A stretch of 64,000 nt of DNA, from positions 62,001-126,000 of IMG/VR virus record IMGVR_UViG_3300033571_018919; one strand, given 5' to 3'. This stretch comes from an uncultured virus (IMG/VR IMGVR_UViG_3300033571_018919) (lineage: Duplodnaviria > Heunggongvirae > Uroviricota > Caudoviricetes). The translations under genes and the position numbers were made by a program. The number at the start of each line of letters is the position of its first letter. Position 1 is the stretch's first letter. Below are positions 36,652 through 45,599 of this stretch, piece after piece. The notes beneath the pieces are model-generated. The model was not told the DNA's origin. It was given only the letters and a program-made list of their open reading frames with translations, and made no database searches.

Positions 36652-37839
36652 TTAAATATCCTTTAAGGAATTAAATACACGGTCTGATAATGTCTGAAAA
36701 TATTCATCATCAGCAATAGTTGGAGCAACTAAACTTATGTTTTTTGCTTCTAACGCCCATCCACCTAATCCGGTTATACCATTTTCTAAAAATTTATTAA
36801 CATCAATTTTTTTAATAGTATTCGCATAAAAAATTAAACCTTCACAATAAAATTTTTCTATCCAACCTTTTTTGACTAGAGAATTACCAAAATCTTTTAA
36901 GTTTGACTCTATTTCTATAATTTTATTTGTATCAAATAAATCTAATACTCCTAACGCTGCCCCAACACCTGCCATATTTGGTTGCCAAGTATGGCTGTAA
37001 TAATGACTATTTTTTATAACTTCGGCAATCTTTTGATTTGTACATGCGCAACTAAGAGGACTAAATCCTCCTGTAAAGGCTTTACCTAATACTGTAATGT
37101 CAGGCTGTATATTAAATTTTTTGAAACTAAAGTATTCTCCTAATTTTCCTACCCCGCCCATTACATCGTCTAGTATTAAATTTATTTGATATTGATTACA
37201 TATTTGTTTTAGAGTTATATGAAAATTCTGACTCCATGGCATTATTCCATTTAACCATGGAATAGATTCATATATAATCGCACCAATATTAGGATTTAAA
37301 ATAATCTGATCTACTACTTGCTTTAATAAATTACTTTCTTGTTCTTCTCTGCTTATTTCATTTTGCCAATTAGGTGCATCAAGAACAATAAATTTATCCA
37401 TATATTCTTCTTTTCTCATTGCACGTTCAATGTAGGTAGTTCCATGCCAACCAGGGGAAAAACATATCACTTTATTTTTGTTTACACCTAAATTTCTCCA
37501 ATAAGTATCATTCATAGCAATAGCACATTCAACTCCATCGCTTCCGCTTACTGCCCAAGCAAGCGCAGAATAATCACCTTCAGTACATATCTTTTCAATT
37601 ATTTCATTATTTTCTTTGCAATATTCATTTGGTTTACAGTGAACGTAGGCAATTTTGTCTTGTAATTCTCTCATACGTTGCTTGATGTGAGTGTTATCAA
37701 ATCCAAAAATAAATGCTGTGTTGCCCATGTGAGCATCTAGTAGTTTACCAATGCTGGTGTGAACATAATATTTTTCAGTTTTGTAAACTTCTATTTGTTG
37801 TTTTTCTGTAAGAGGAATGGTTAGTTCTTGAAAATTCAT
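36652..37839 (-). CDS. Class III PLP-dependent aminotransferase
   Basis: SGSDGVE, GWHG, LILDDVMGGVGK, PDITVLGKAFTGG and HTW. Confidence 0.9.
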   Translation of the reverse strand: MNFQELTIPLTEKQQIEVYKTEKYYVHTSIGKLLDAHMGNTAFIFGFDNTHIKQRMRELQDKIAYVHCKPNEYCKENNEIIEKICTEGDYSALAWAVSGSDGVECAIAMNDTYWRNLGVNKNKVICFSPGWHGTTYIERAMRKEEYMDKFIVLDAPNWQNEISREEQESNLLKQVVDQIILNPNIGAIIYESIPWLNGIMPWSQNFHITLKQICNQYQINLILDDVMGGVGKLGEYFSFKKFNIQPDITVLGKAFTGGFSPLSCACTNQKIAEVIKNSHYYSHTWQPNMAGVGAALGVLDLFDTNKIIEIESNLKDFGNSLVKKGWIEKFYCEGLIFYANTIKKIDVNKFLENGITGLGGWALEAKNISLVAPTIADDEYFQTLSDRVFNSLKDI

Positions 37840-39305
37840 TTTTTCAGCTTTTCTATCTTGTAGTTTAAAATTAGTTTTTGTCGCTTTTCATTAAAAGCCT
37901 CAATAATTTCTTGATTGTAATTTCTTTCAATTACATCTTTTGCGCTCATTCCCGAAGCAACAAATTCCATAAATTCATATTTGCCAGAATTTCTATACTC
38001 TACCCAGTGAGTTTCTTTTCGTGCTTCTGCAACCTCATTGTTTAGTTTACTAGCTAACTGCACAGCATCGGAAAAGTTCATTAGATCGTTTGTCCAAAAT
38101 CCATAAATACTATTTGGTATTACTTGTAAGGTGTATCCATGTTTACTATACTCTCTGTCAAATTCGCTCATTCTTGTCATAACATTGGTTCTTATTATTA
38201 ATGGAAAAAAGGTCCAACGGTTAAAATATTGATCATTTTGATTCAAAAACCATTCATGAGTTTTTTGTATATCTTCAGCAGTTTCATGTGGTAAACCAAC
38301 AATTAATCCTGTATGAGTCCAAATATCTGCCTTCTCTTTTAATGTTTTTATGGCCTCTAGTTGTTTATTTAAGTCACCTGCTTTTCCTATAATTTTTCTT
38401 GTCTTATCTTTCAAACTTTCTATTCCAAAACTGGTTGAGATGAGACCAGTCTCAACAAGTATGTCAATCATCTCAGGATATCTTGCTAATAAGTCTGCTC
38501 GTAAAAATGCAGAATACTTAATTTTTACGTTACTTTTTTGAATTGCATTTGCTACTGACTCAAGTTTAACTATGTTATCATTAAAGGTATCATCTTGAAA
38601 TGAATAGGTTGTAACGCCATACATTTCATAATTTCTTTTTAATTCATCGGCTAAATTTTCTTCATACCTAATGTAATCGTTTTTCTTTTTACCCAATAAA
38701 GGATATTGGCAATATTTACATTTAAAAATACATCCTCTGCTTATCTCAATAGGTAAAACACAAGCATCAACCAAATCAGATTTTTGCCATTCAATGGTTA
38801 AATCTGTATCATCGTTCTTGTAAGATTTTTCAGCATCTATTGCAACAGTGCCTTTATATTCTACCCAATTTAGATTATCTAAACGTTTTTTGGTTAGATA
38901 ATCTAGGTAGTGTGATATAGCTTCTTCAGCGTATCCCCAAATTATTCTGTCAACATATTTGGTTTCTAAAAAATTATCATCACCCTGAGATAGGGTAGTT
39001 TCAGTACCGCCAATCACAGTTTTGACATGAGGGTATTTTTCTTTTATAGTTTTAAATAAAAAATTAACTTTGTTAAACTTATTAAAAAAAGTAATACTTA
39101 CACCCACAAATAGTGTTTTGTCTCCGATGTATTTTTCGAGTAATTGCTCAATTTCATTTTCAGTAAACTTGCTAAAAAAATCTATAACTTCTACCTCATA
39201 GTTTTTTTTCTTTAACCAAGTACGTATTCTGAATGCTCCGGCTGGTCTCAATATTAAATCGTCATCAGCCATACCAGTAAATATTAGTCCGTGATATAGG
39301 CTCAT
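37836..39305 (-). CDS. Cobalamin-binding-type radical SAM protein
   Basis: N-terminal B12-binding-like domain (GAFRIRTWL..EVIDF..VGVS..VIGG), EISRGCIFKCKYC, DDTFND, FGIES and IVGLP. Confidence 0.88.
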   Translation of the reverse strand: MSLYHGLIFTGMADDDLILRPAGAFRIRTWLKKKNYEVEVIDFFSKFTENEIEQLLEKYIGDKTLFVGVSITFFNKFNKVNFLFKTIKEKYPHVKTVIGGTETTLSQGDDNFLETKYVDRIIWGYAEEAISHYLDYLTKKRLDNLNWVEYKGTVAIDAEKSYKNDDTDLTIEWQKSDLVDACVLPIEISRGCIFKCKYCQYPLLGKKKNDYIRYEENLADELKRNYEMYGVTTYSFQDDTFNDNIVKLESVANAIQKSNVKIKYSAFLRADLLARYPEMIDILVETGLISTSFGIESLKDKTRKIIGKAGDLNKQLEAIKTLKEKADIWTHTGLIVGLPHETAEDIQKTHEWFLNQNDQYFNRWTFFPLIIRTNVMTRMSEFDREYSKHGYTLQVIPNSIYGFWTNDLMNFSDAVQLASKLNNEVAEARKETHWVEYRNSGKYEFMEFVASGMSAKDVIERNYNQEIIEAFNEKRQKLILNYKIEKLKK

Positions 39306-40396
39306 CGTTTAAAAAATATTCCCTGATTGTCACTAACTAATTTTTGTCCTTGCCACCAACCTTTTTTCCAACCATCTCTTAATATTGCTTGTATTAAAAA
39401 AGTGCCACGGGTGTTTGGAATAAAAGATGCCCAAGGACCCATGTACATGTAACTTGTATCAACCGAATTTACATCTGCCCAATGAATTACTTGTATAAGG
39501 CTTTTTTCTAAAACAGTGCCGATATGATAAGGGTTACTACCATAATTAGGATGTCTGTGATAGCTTAAATTCTTTTCTTTAGCAATTTCTGAAATCCAAT
39601 CATAAATTTCGCTTGCGAATATTTCTCTTTCTCTTTCAAATTCCACACCTATCATTGCCGGCGATCTAATACAGTAGTTAGTAGCTTGTATACCTTTTTC
39701 TTCTATCCAAAGAATCTTGTCAATTGCATGTCTTACTTGTTCTCTACTTTCTACTGTGAATGATACTTGTGCTAATGCTATGCCTTCTTCAATTACATTC
39801 GTGAGTGCAGATGACACGTTTTTCCAAACCTTTTCTGAATGATACTCTGGATGATGAATACTCATGCATACGCTTGAAAGTTTGACTTTTGCTAATTCTT
39901 TTACGTAATCTTTATTTTGTAATTTTACTCCATTGGTGTATACAGTAACAAGCTTGTGAGATTTACCGTAGGGAATACTTTGTATCTTTGCTATAAGTTC
40001 AGGTAAATCTTTTCTCATGGTTGGTTCTGCTCCTGCAAGACAAACAACCTGACCAGGTGCAGCCTTGGCAGTGGTTACTATCCACTCTAATGATTTATCT
40101 TGTAAAGTGTTATCAGGGTCGTGATAGCAATGTTTACACTGAACATTGCATTTATCGGTAACTTCTATAGTCGATACATTATTGTAAATATCCCAACATG
40201 GATTATCAGGATCTTTTTGCGTTATACTATCCCAAAATTCATATGATTTTTCAACCATTGCCTCTTGATATCCATGCGAAGGGCAGGTTTTGGTAATATA
40301 GGCTGAACCGTCAGTTCTATATTCAATTTGAGCTGGTAGTTCTCTATAACATACTTTACACAATCCGGTAGTAAAGTAAGAATTTACTAATTCCAT
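39302..40396 (-). CDS. Radical SAM protein with N-terminal CxxC...CxxHG metal site (Tes/MJ0619-like); paralog of 41959-43056
   Basis: GLCKVC...ITKTCPSHG, then EVTDKCNVQCKHC, GAEPT and TNG. Confidence 0.85.
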   Translation of the reverse strand: MELVNSYFTTGLCKVCYRELPAQIEYRTDGSAYITKTCPSHGYQEAMVEKSYEFWDSITQKDPDNPCWDIYNNVSTIEVTDKCNVQCKHCYHDPDNTLQDKSLEWIVTTAKAAPGQVVCLAGAEPTMRKDLPELIAKIQSIPYGKSHKLVTVYTNGVKLQNKDYVKELAKVKLSSVCMSIHHPEYHSEKVWKNVSSALTNVIEEGIALAQVSFTVESREQVRHAIDKILWIEEKGIQATNYCIRSPAMIGVEFEREREIFASEIYDWISEIAKEKNLSYHRHPNYGSNPYHIGTVLEKSLIQVIHWADVNSVDTSYMYMGPWASFIPNTRGTFLIQAILRDGWKKGWWQGQKLVSDNQGIFFKR

Positions 40397-40409
40397 AATT
40401 TTTCCTAAA

Positions 40410-41039
40410 CTATTTTGTTCCGTAAAACCACAAGAAAGTCAAATCTTTTCCAGTATTTTTGACTTCAAATGTGATGTTTTTAAATCCAATTTCTTCAAAT
40501 ATTAATTTGTATTTTTCTACAGAAGTATGAAAAACTGGTAATGGATAACCAAGATATTCAAAATAATTTTCAAATTCTTCATGTCCTGTAAATTCCTTAC
40601 ATCCTAAAGTTACGTATACAGGCATGTTATGTTTTACCATTTTATAAAACAATTTAAATGATATAATTTGTTTTTCCATAGGCAAATGCATGATTGAGTA
40701 AAAACAAGTTATTAAATCAAATGTGTTTTCAGGAAAGGATAATTCACAGGTATCACACAAAACAGTTTTGGCATTCGGAGCGTGTTTATTTACATATTGT
40801 AATGCTTCACCTGCAATATCAGATCCAGTGACTTCGTGCCCTAAATCATGAAAAAATTTAATTACAGGATATCCAGTCCCGCACCCCGCATCTAAGACTT
40901 TACTTGTTTTTGGTAATTTTGCAGCTAGCCCTTCTAATTGCTCTGTGTTATTAAAGTAAGTGTCTCTTTCAATGTCATGAAAAGATGAAAATTTATTATA
41001 TACACTTGATAGTTCATCGGTTATCTGAAGGTAATTCAT
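40410..41039 (-). CDS. Class I SAM-dependent methyltransferase
   Basis: VLDAGCGTG and FDLITCFYSIMHLP; TAAATA 5 nt before the ATG. Confidence 0.88.
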   Translation of the reverse strand: MNYLQITDELSSVYNKFSSFHDIERDTYFNNTEQLEGLAAKLPKTSKVLDAGCGTGYPVIKFFHDLGHEVTGSDIAGEALQYVNKHAPNAKTVLCDTCELSFPENTFDLITCFYSIMHLPMEKQIISFKLFYKMVKHNMPVYVTLGCKEFTGHEEFENYFEYLGYPLPVFHTSVEKYKLIFEEIGFKNITFEVKNTGKDLTFLWFYGTK

Positions 41040-41071
41040 CGTAATATTTATTTCTTAATTTTAATAGGTTT

Positions 41072-41962
41072 TTATTCTAATGTGTATTCAATTTTATAAA
41101 ATTTTAATTCTTTCAAAAATCGAGTTGAATCTACATAATCTCCCATTAAATACGATCCGGTTTTGGTCAAGTTTAAGTCTTGAAGTATTGCTGAAACAAC
41201 TAAACAAGCAGAGTAATAATATCCTGAAAATGTTTTAATTGTTAATTTTTGATTTTCTGATTGTATTATTATTTTAGAATATTCATCTCCTAAATTTATC
41301 TCATCCATTTGCATATAAAAACCTGCAGTGTTTATATTTGAAAAATTTTCTTTTGCTACTTTAAGTTCATAATTTGGAATAGGATTTACATATCCGATAT
41401 CAAATTTTTTTTGTTGGCTTGTACTAGTAGGAATCCAATTACCATCTACTAAGGTACAATCTAGAATTTGGTTGCTTTCATGTATTGTTAAGTATTCATC
41501 TATGTTTTGCTGAGATAGGTTTCTATTACTCCAACAAGTTTTAAAATGAGCTAGAATACTTAATTCATTTTCTACTTTTAACATTTGAAGAAATGGTAAA
41601 AATGAAGTTGCCCCGCAATCAAAGACATAGGTATTTTTTGAAAATTTATATTTTTCAAGAAGATTATAATTTATTTGAGCAGGAGAGTGACAATCAAAAA
41701 AACTAGTGTCAGCTTTTTCTATTTTTTTTAATAAATTTTCTTGATAGTTAATATTATTAGTGCAATTAATTACTAAATTAAAATTACTGTAACCGTCAAA
41801 ATTTTCAATCGTGTCACACACATACTCTACATTTTCTTTTGACTGCTGTTTAAGTAAATTTTCGTTTTTTCCTAATATGGTTACATTTAATCCTTTGTCA
41901 CATAGTAGTTTTAATATTTCTTTACCTAAATTTCCGTAACTACCTAGCAACAATATTTTCAT
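41072..41962 (-). CDS. NAD(P)-binding oxidoreductase, saccharopine dehydrogenase-like
   Basis: ILLLGSYGNLG Rossmann motif, LVINC, DCG and late GYYYSA motif. Confidence 0.6.
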   Translation of the reverse strand: MKILLLGSYGNLGKEILKLLCDKGLNVTILGKNENLLKQQSKENVEYVCDTIENFDGYSNFNLVINCTNNINYQENLLKKIEKADTSFFDCHSPAQINYNLLEKYKFSKNTYVFDCGATSFLPFLQMLKVENELSILAHFKTCWSNRNLSQQNIDEYLTIHESNQILDCTLVDGNWIPTSTSQQKKFDIGYVNPIPNYELKVAKENFSNINTAGFYMQMDEINLGDEYSKIIIQSENQKLTIKTFSGYYYSACLVVSAILQDLNLTKTGSYLMGDYVDSTRFLKELKFYKIEYTLE

Positions 41963-43056
41963 ATGTTTTTTGAAAAACTTAAAGTGTTTACTTGTTTTGA
42001 GTCAGAAACAAGACGTTGCCCTTGCCACCAACCACGCTTCCAACCTTCTCTTAAAATAATTTGTAAATGCAAAGTAGCAAGTGTTACTGGAACAAAATCT
42101 GCCCAAGGACCCATATTCATCCAAGACAAATCAACATTTTTTACACTCGCCCAATGAATTACTTGTAAGAATAAACCATCTAACAAATATGCAATATGAT
42201 AAGGATTACTGCCACCATTTGGGTGTTTTTCAAAACTAAGATTTTTTTCTTTGGCAACTTGTTCTATCCATATTACAATGTCGCTAGCAAAAATTTCTTG
42301 ATCGTCTATAGCAGTGCCTATCTCAGCAGGACTACGAATACAAAAATTACCTGGTATTCTATTTTGAGATTTAAACCAAAGCATTTTGTCAATTGCATAT
42401 CTAACTTCATCAATGTTTTCTACAGTAAATGATACTTGTCCTAATCCTATGTTAGTGTTATGTACTACTAATTCTACTCCGGTGGATATTTTTTCCCACA
42501 ATTGCTCTTTATGGTATTCTGGATTATGAACGCTGAGATTTATTGTTCCTAATCCTGCCGCTTCTAATTTTTCAACATAACCGGGTTCTGCAAGTTTTAT
42601 TCCGTTAGAATAGAGCCCAATCATTTTATTAGATTTTTCTTTAGCTTCTGTTATTATTTCGAACAAATCTTCTCTCATTGTGGGTTCAGCTCCCATTAAA
42701 CATACATTATTAAATGGAGCACTTATTATTTTGTTAACTATAAAATCTTTTGGTTTATCTTTAATTTTATTATCTGGGTTATGATAACAATGTTTACACA
42801 TAACATTGCACCTATCAGTAATGTCAATACACACAAGTTGATTATAACCCATAGTTGTGGGATTATTAGGATTAAATTGAGGGGCTGATTCCCAAAATTC
42901 ATAAGATTTTTCTACTACGAATTCTTCATATCCATGATTAGGGCATGTTTTAGTAATGTAGGCTGCGCCATCACTTCTATACTCAATCGTCGCAGGTAAT
43001 TCTAAGTAACACGTACTACATAAGCCGCGAGTTGGATATGATTTTATTATTTCCAT
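41959..43056 (-). CDS. Radical SAM protein with N-terminal CxxC...CxxHG metal site (Tes/MJ0619-like)
   Basis: GLCSTC...ITKTCPNHG, DITDRCNVMCKHC and GAEPTMR. Confidence 0.85.
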   Translation of the reverse strand: MEIIKSYPTRGLCSTCYLELPATIEYRSDGAAYITKTCPNHGYEEFVVEKSYEFWESAPQFNPNNPTTMGYNQLVCIDITDRCNVMCKHCYHNPDNKIKDKPKDFIVNKIISAPFNNVCLMGAEPTMREDLFEIITEAKEKSNKMIGLYSNGIKLAEPGYVEKLEAAGLGTINLSVHNPEYHKEQLWEKISTGVELVVHNTNIGLGQVSFTVENIDEVRYAIDKMLWFKSQNRIPGNFCIRSPAEIGTAIDDQEIFASDIVIWIEQVAKEKNLSFEKHPNGGSNPYHIAYLLDGLFLQVIHWASVKNVDLSWMNMGPWADFVPVTLATLHLQIILREGWKRGWWQGQRLVSDSKQVNTLSFSKNI

Positions 43057-43613
43057 TATTGTTCCTTAATAATTCCAAAAAAATTGAATAGATATTTAGG
43101 TTTAAATCCGCAGTTTATGCCGCCATGCCAATTAGTTCTTGATGGCCACTTGTAAACTGCACCTTGGTCTTGAAAATACATACAATGATCTTCTATCATT
43201 ACTGCATGTCCTACAGTAGGTTTTGATATATGACATGTAAATCTAGCTGTATTTAGTGTTTCATAATAAGCTTCATTATCATTGCAATCCCAATGCCATG
43301 GTGTCATGTAACCAGGATTAATTCTACTAATCCAACAACTTAATGGATCTACATTTACGTAATCAGCAAATATAGTGACAATTTTTTCATCAAAGTGTAC
43401 TTCGGGAAAAAACATATCCCAGCCTGCGTTACCGCCATCTTTTATAAGCTTGAAACCAGCTTCTTCCCAAAGTTTCGCCATTTCTTTTATGCCTATAATT
43501 TCATCCGTACCTTTGTGTCTAGGTCCTATGTATCCTGGTTCTTTGTTATCTAAGACAGAAATTATAGAATCCCAGTCAATTAAGTGTGAAATATTTCCAA
43601 TAAGTTCAGCCAT
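43056..43613 (-). CDS. Fe(II)/2OG oxygenase-like protein
   Basis: WISRINPGYMTPWHWD...WHGGINCG; paralog of 45081-45599 and 33628-34134. Confidence 0.7.
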   Translation of the reverse strand: MAELIGNISHLIDWDSIISVLDNKEPGYIGPRHKGTDEIIGIKEMAKLWEEAGFKLIKDGGNAGWDMFFPEVHFDEKIVTIFADYVNVDPLSCWISRINPGYMTPWHWDCNDNEAYYETLNTARFTCHISKPTVGHAVMIEDHCMYFQDQGAVYKWPSRTNWHGGINCGFKPKYLFNFFGIIKEQ

Positions 43614-45084
43614 TTTTTAATTTATCTATCAAGGGGGTAAAATAATCAGTTATTGGATTATCAATTGTTCCTAACTTATAATCTACGTTATCTTTTCTAG
43701 GACCTCTTGCAGTCCAAACTTTATGATTTAATTCTGTCGCTAACTCATGCGCCCGTGCATATGTTAAAATATCTGTCCCATCATTTTTAATCCAGTGTGT
43801 AGGTTTGTTTTTGTCAGGAATGGTATATCCAAATTTTTCTGGGTCTTTATCTATTTCACTTGGATGAATCGTAGATCCTTCATAATAAGGATGAATTATT
43901 AATCCTAAAAATGATGCACCGTAATTAACAGGACAATCGTCTTTGGAAAACCAATCTGCTTGTTCTCTAACAAATGCTTCATCCTCTTCGGGAAGACCAA
44001 CTATATAACCGCCATTGATTGATACTGTATCTCCCCAGTGTTCTTGCATTTCATATAAAGCCTGCTTTCTTCTAGATGGATTCATTCCTTTACCAGCAAA
44101 TTTACCAGCAGCTGGATGAAATGATTCTATTCCTATATAACAAGATGAAAGTCCTCCTTCTTTGAGTAAAGGTATTTGCTTTGGTTGTGTTGCGATAATG
44201 TCTGCACGAATGTAAGCTTTTGTTTGTAGATTAAAAGGCAATTTGTTTCTTACTCTCGCCATCATTTCTAATTTTTCAATTGAGTCGTTAAAGGTGTCAT
44301 CTGCAATAAAATATTTCGTAGTTCCAAACTCATTATAATTTCTAATTAGTTCGTTATATATCGTATCTTCTGTTTTTGTATATCCAGCTACATCCTTTTG
44401 TCCAATGAGAGGGAACGAACAAAAATTGCATTTAAATTTACATCCTCTTGCTATCTCTAAATTTAAAATTTCATTAGCGTTTATTTGGTCATATTTTGTA
44501 TAGATAGTTGAACAATAATTCCAACCCCAATCACGAGAATTTGAATTGATATCGTGTTGTATTATCTTAGGCCATAATCTTTTTTGGTCTTTTAATAAAT
44601 CAATTGTTTGATTTTCTCCTAAACCATTTATAAAATAATCAGCAGGAAAATCTCTGTAAAATTCAATTTTTGGTCCGCCTAAAATTATTTTAATTTTTTT
44701 ATTTTTTTCTTTTACAACATTCGTCCAATCACTAACTTCTCCCATAACTGCACTATATGTTAAACTATCTTTGCTAATCGTAGGACTTTCACCTGATTCT
44801 GTAAACCAGGCAATATTACAAGAACTAAATCTACTATTTTTTACGAAAGGGGTTCGATATGGCCACCAAGTTGTGGAAAAACCAACCATTTTAGTGTTAT
44901 CGCCTATTGCCAAATTGCATATAGTTTTCCATGTGTCTAAAGTTAGAGCAGAAGAAAAATCAACTACTAAAGTTTTAAACCCGTTAGATCGTAAATGACT
45001 AGCAAGCCTGTGTGCTCCATATCCTCTAGACCAAGTAGGAAATGTCGCCGTATCAGTGACTAATATTACATCAAAGGTATTCAT
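43606..45084 (-). CDS. Cobalamin-binding-type radical SAM protein
   Basis: GAHRLASHLR..VVDF..VGFS..ILGG, EIARGCKFKCNFC, DDTFND and IGIES. Confidence 0.88.
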   Translation of the reverse strand: MNTFDVILVTDTATFPTWSRGYGAHRLASHLRSNGFKTLVVDFSSALTLDTWKTICNLAIGDNTKMVGFSTTWWPYRTPFVKNSRFSSCNIAWFTESGESPTISKDSLTYSAVMGEVSDWTNVVKEKNKKIKIILGGPKIEFYRDFPADYFINGLGENQTIDLLKDQKRLWPKIIQHDINSNSRDWGWNYCSTIYTKYDQINANEILNLEIARGCKFKCNFCSFPLIGQKDVAGYTKTEDTIYNELIRNYNEFGTTKYFIADDTFNDSIEKLEMMARVRNKLPFNLQTKAYIRADIIATQPKQIPLLKEGGLSSCYIGIESFHPAAGKFAGKGMNPSRRKQALYEMQEHWGDTVSINGGYIVGLPEEDEAFVREQADWFSKDDCPVNYGASFLGLIIHPYYEGSTIHPSEIDKDPEKFGYTIPDKNKPTHWIKNDGTDILTYARAHELATELNHKVWTARGPRKDNVDYKLGTIDNPITDYFTPLIDKLKNG

Positions 45085-45599
45085 ACGTAGCCTAAAAAAT
45101 GATACAAGTATTGTTTTTTAAAACCACAATTAGAAGCACCGTGCCAATCTAAAAAGTTATTCCATTTAATTATAGTATTTTTTGATTGCATGTAGTAGGA
45201 TTTATCTTCGATCATTAATAATTGACCATAAGCCGGATCATGTATAAAACAAGTATATCTAACAAGTTTTCCTAATTTATTATATTCACTTAAATTGTCA
45301 TCAACGTCTTGGTGCCATGGTGCATTTTTTCCCGGTCTTAGACAGCTTATCCAAGAACGGATAGGCTTACAATTTACAATTTGTGAAAATTTATTTTCAA
45401 CCTCTTTATTGTAATGTAAATTTGGATAATAATTTATCCACTCAACTTGCACCGATGTATATTTTGCAGATTCCCATAAAGTAGATATTTCATTAAATTC
45501 TCCCTTTTCGTTTTTATAAAAATCTAAACCAATCGTTCTTACCTCTCCTTGCATTTGAGATATTTCCAAAACTACATCGTCCCAAAAACTGTCATTCAT
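45081..45599 (-). CDS. Fe(II)/2OG oxygenase-like protein
   Basis: WISCLRPGKNAPWHQD...WHGASNCG. Confidence 0.7.
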   Translation of the reverse strand: MNDSFWDDVVLEISQMQGEVRTIGLDFYKNEKGEFNEISTLWESAKYTSVQVEWINYYPNLHYNKEVENKFSQIVNCKPIRSWISCLRPGKNAPWHQDVDDNLSEYNKLGKLVRYTCFIHDPAYGQLLMIEDKSYYMQSKNTIIKWNNFLDWHGASNCGFKKQYLYHFLGYV

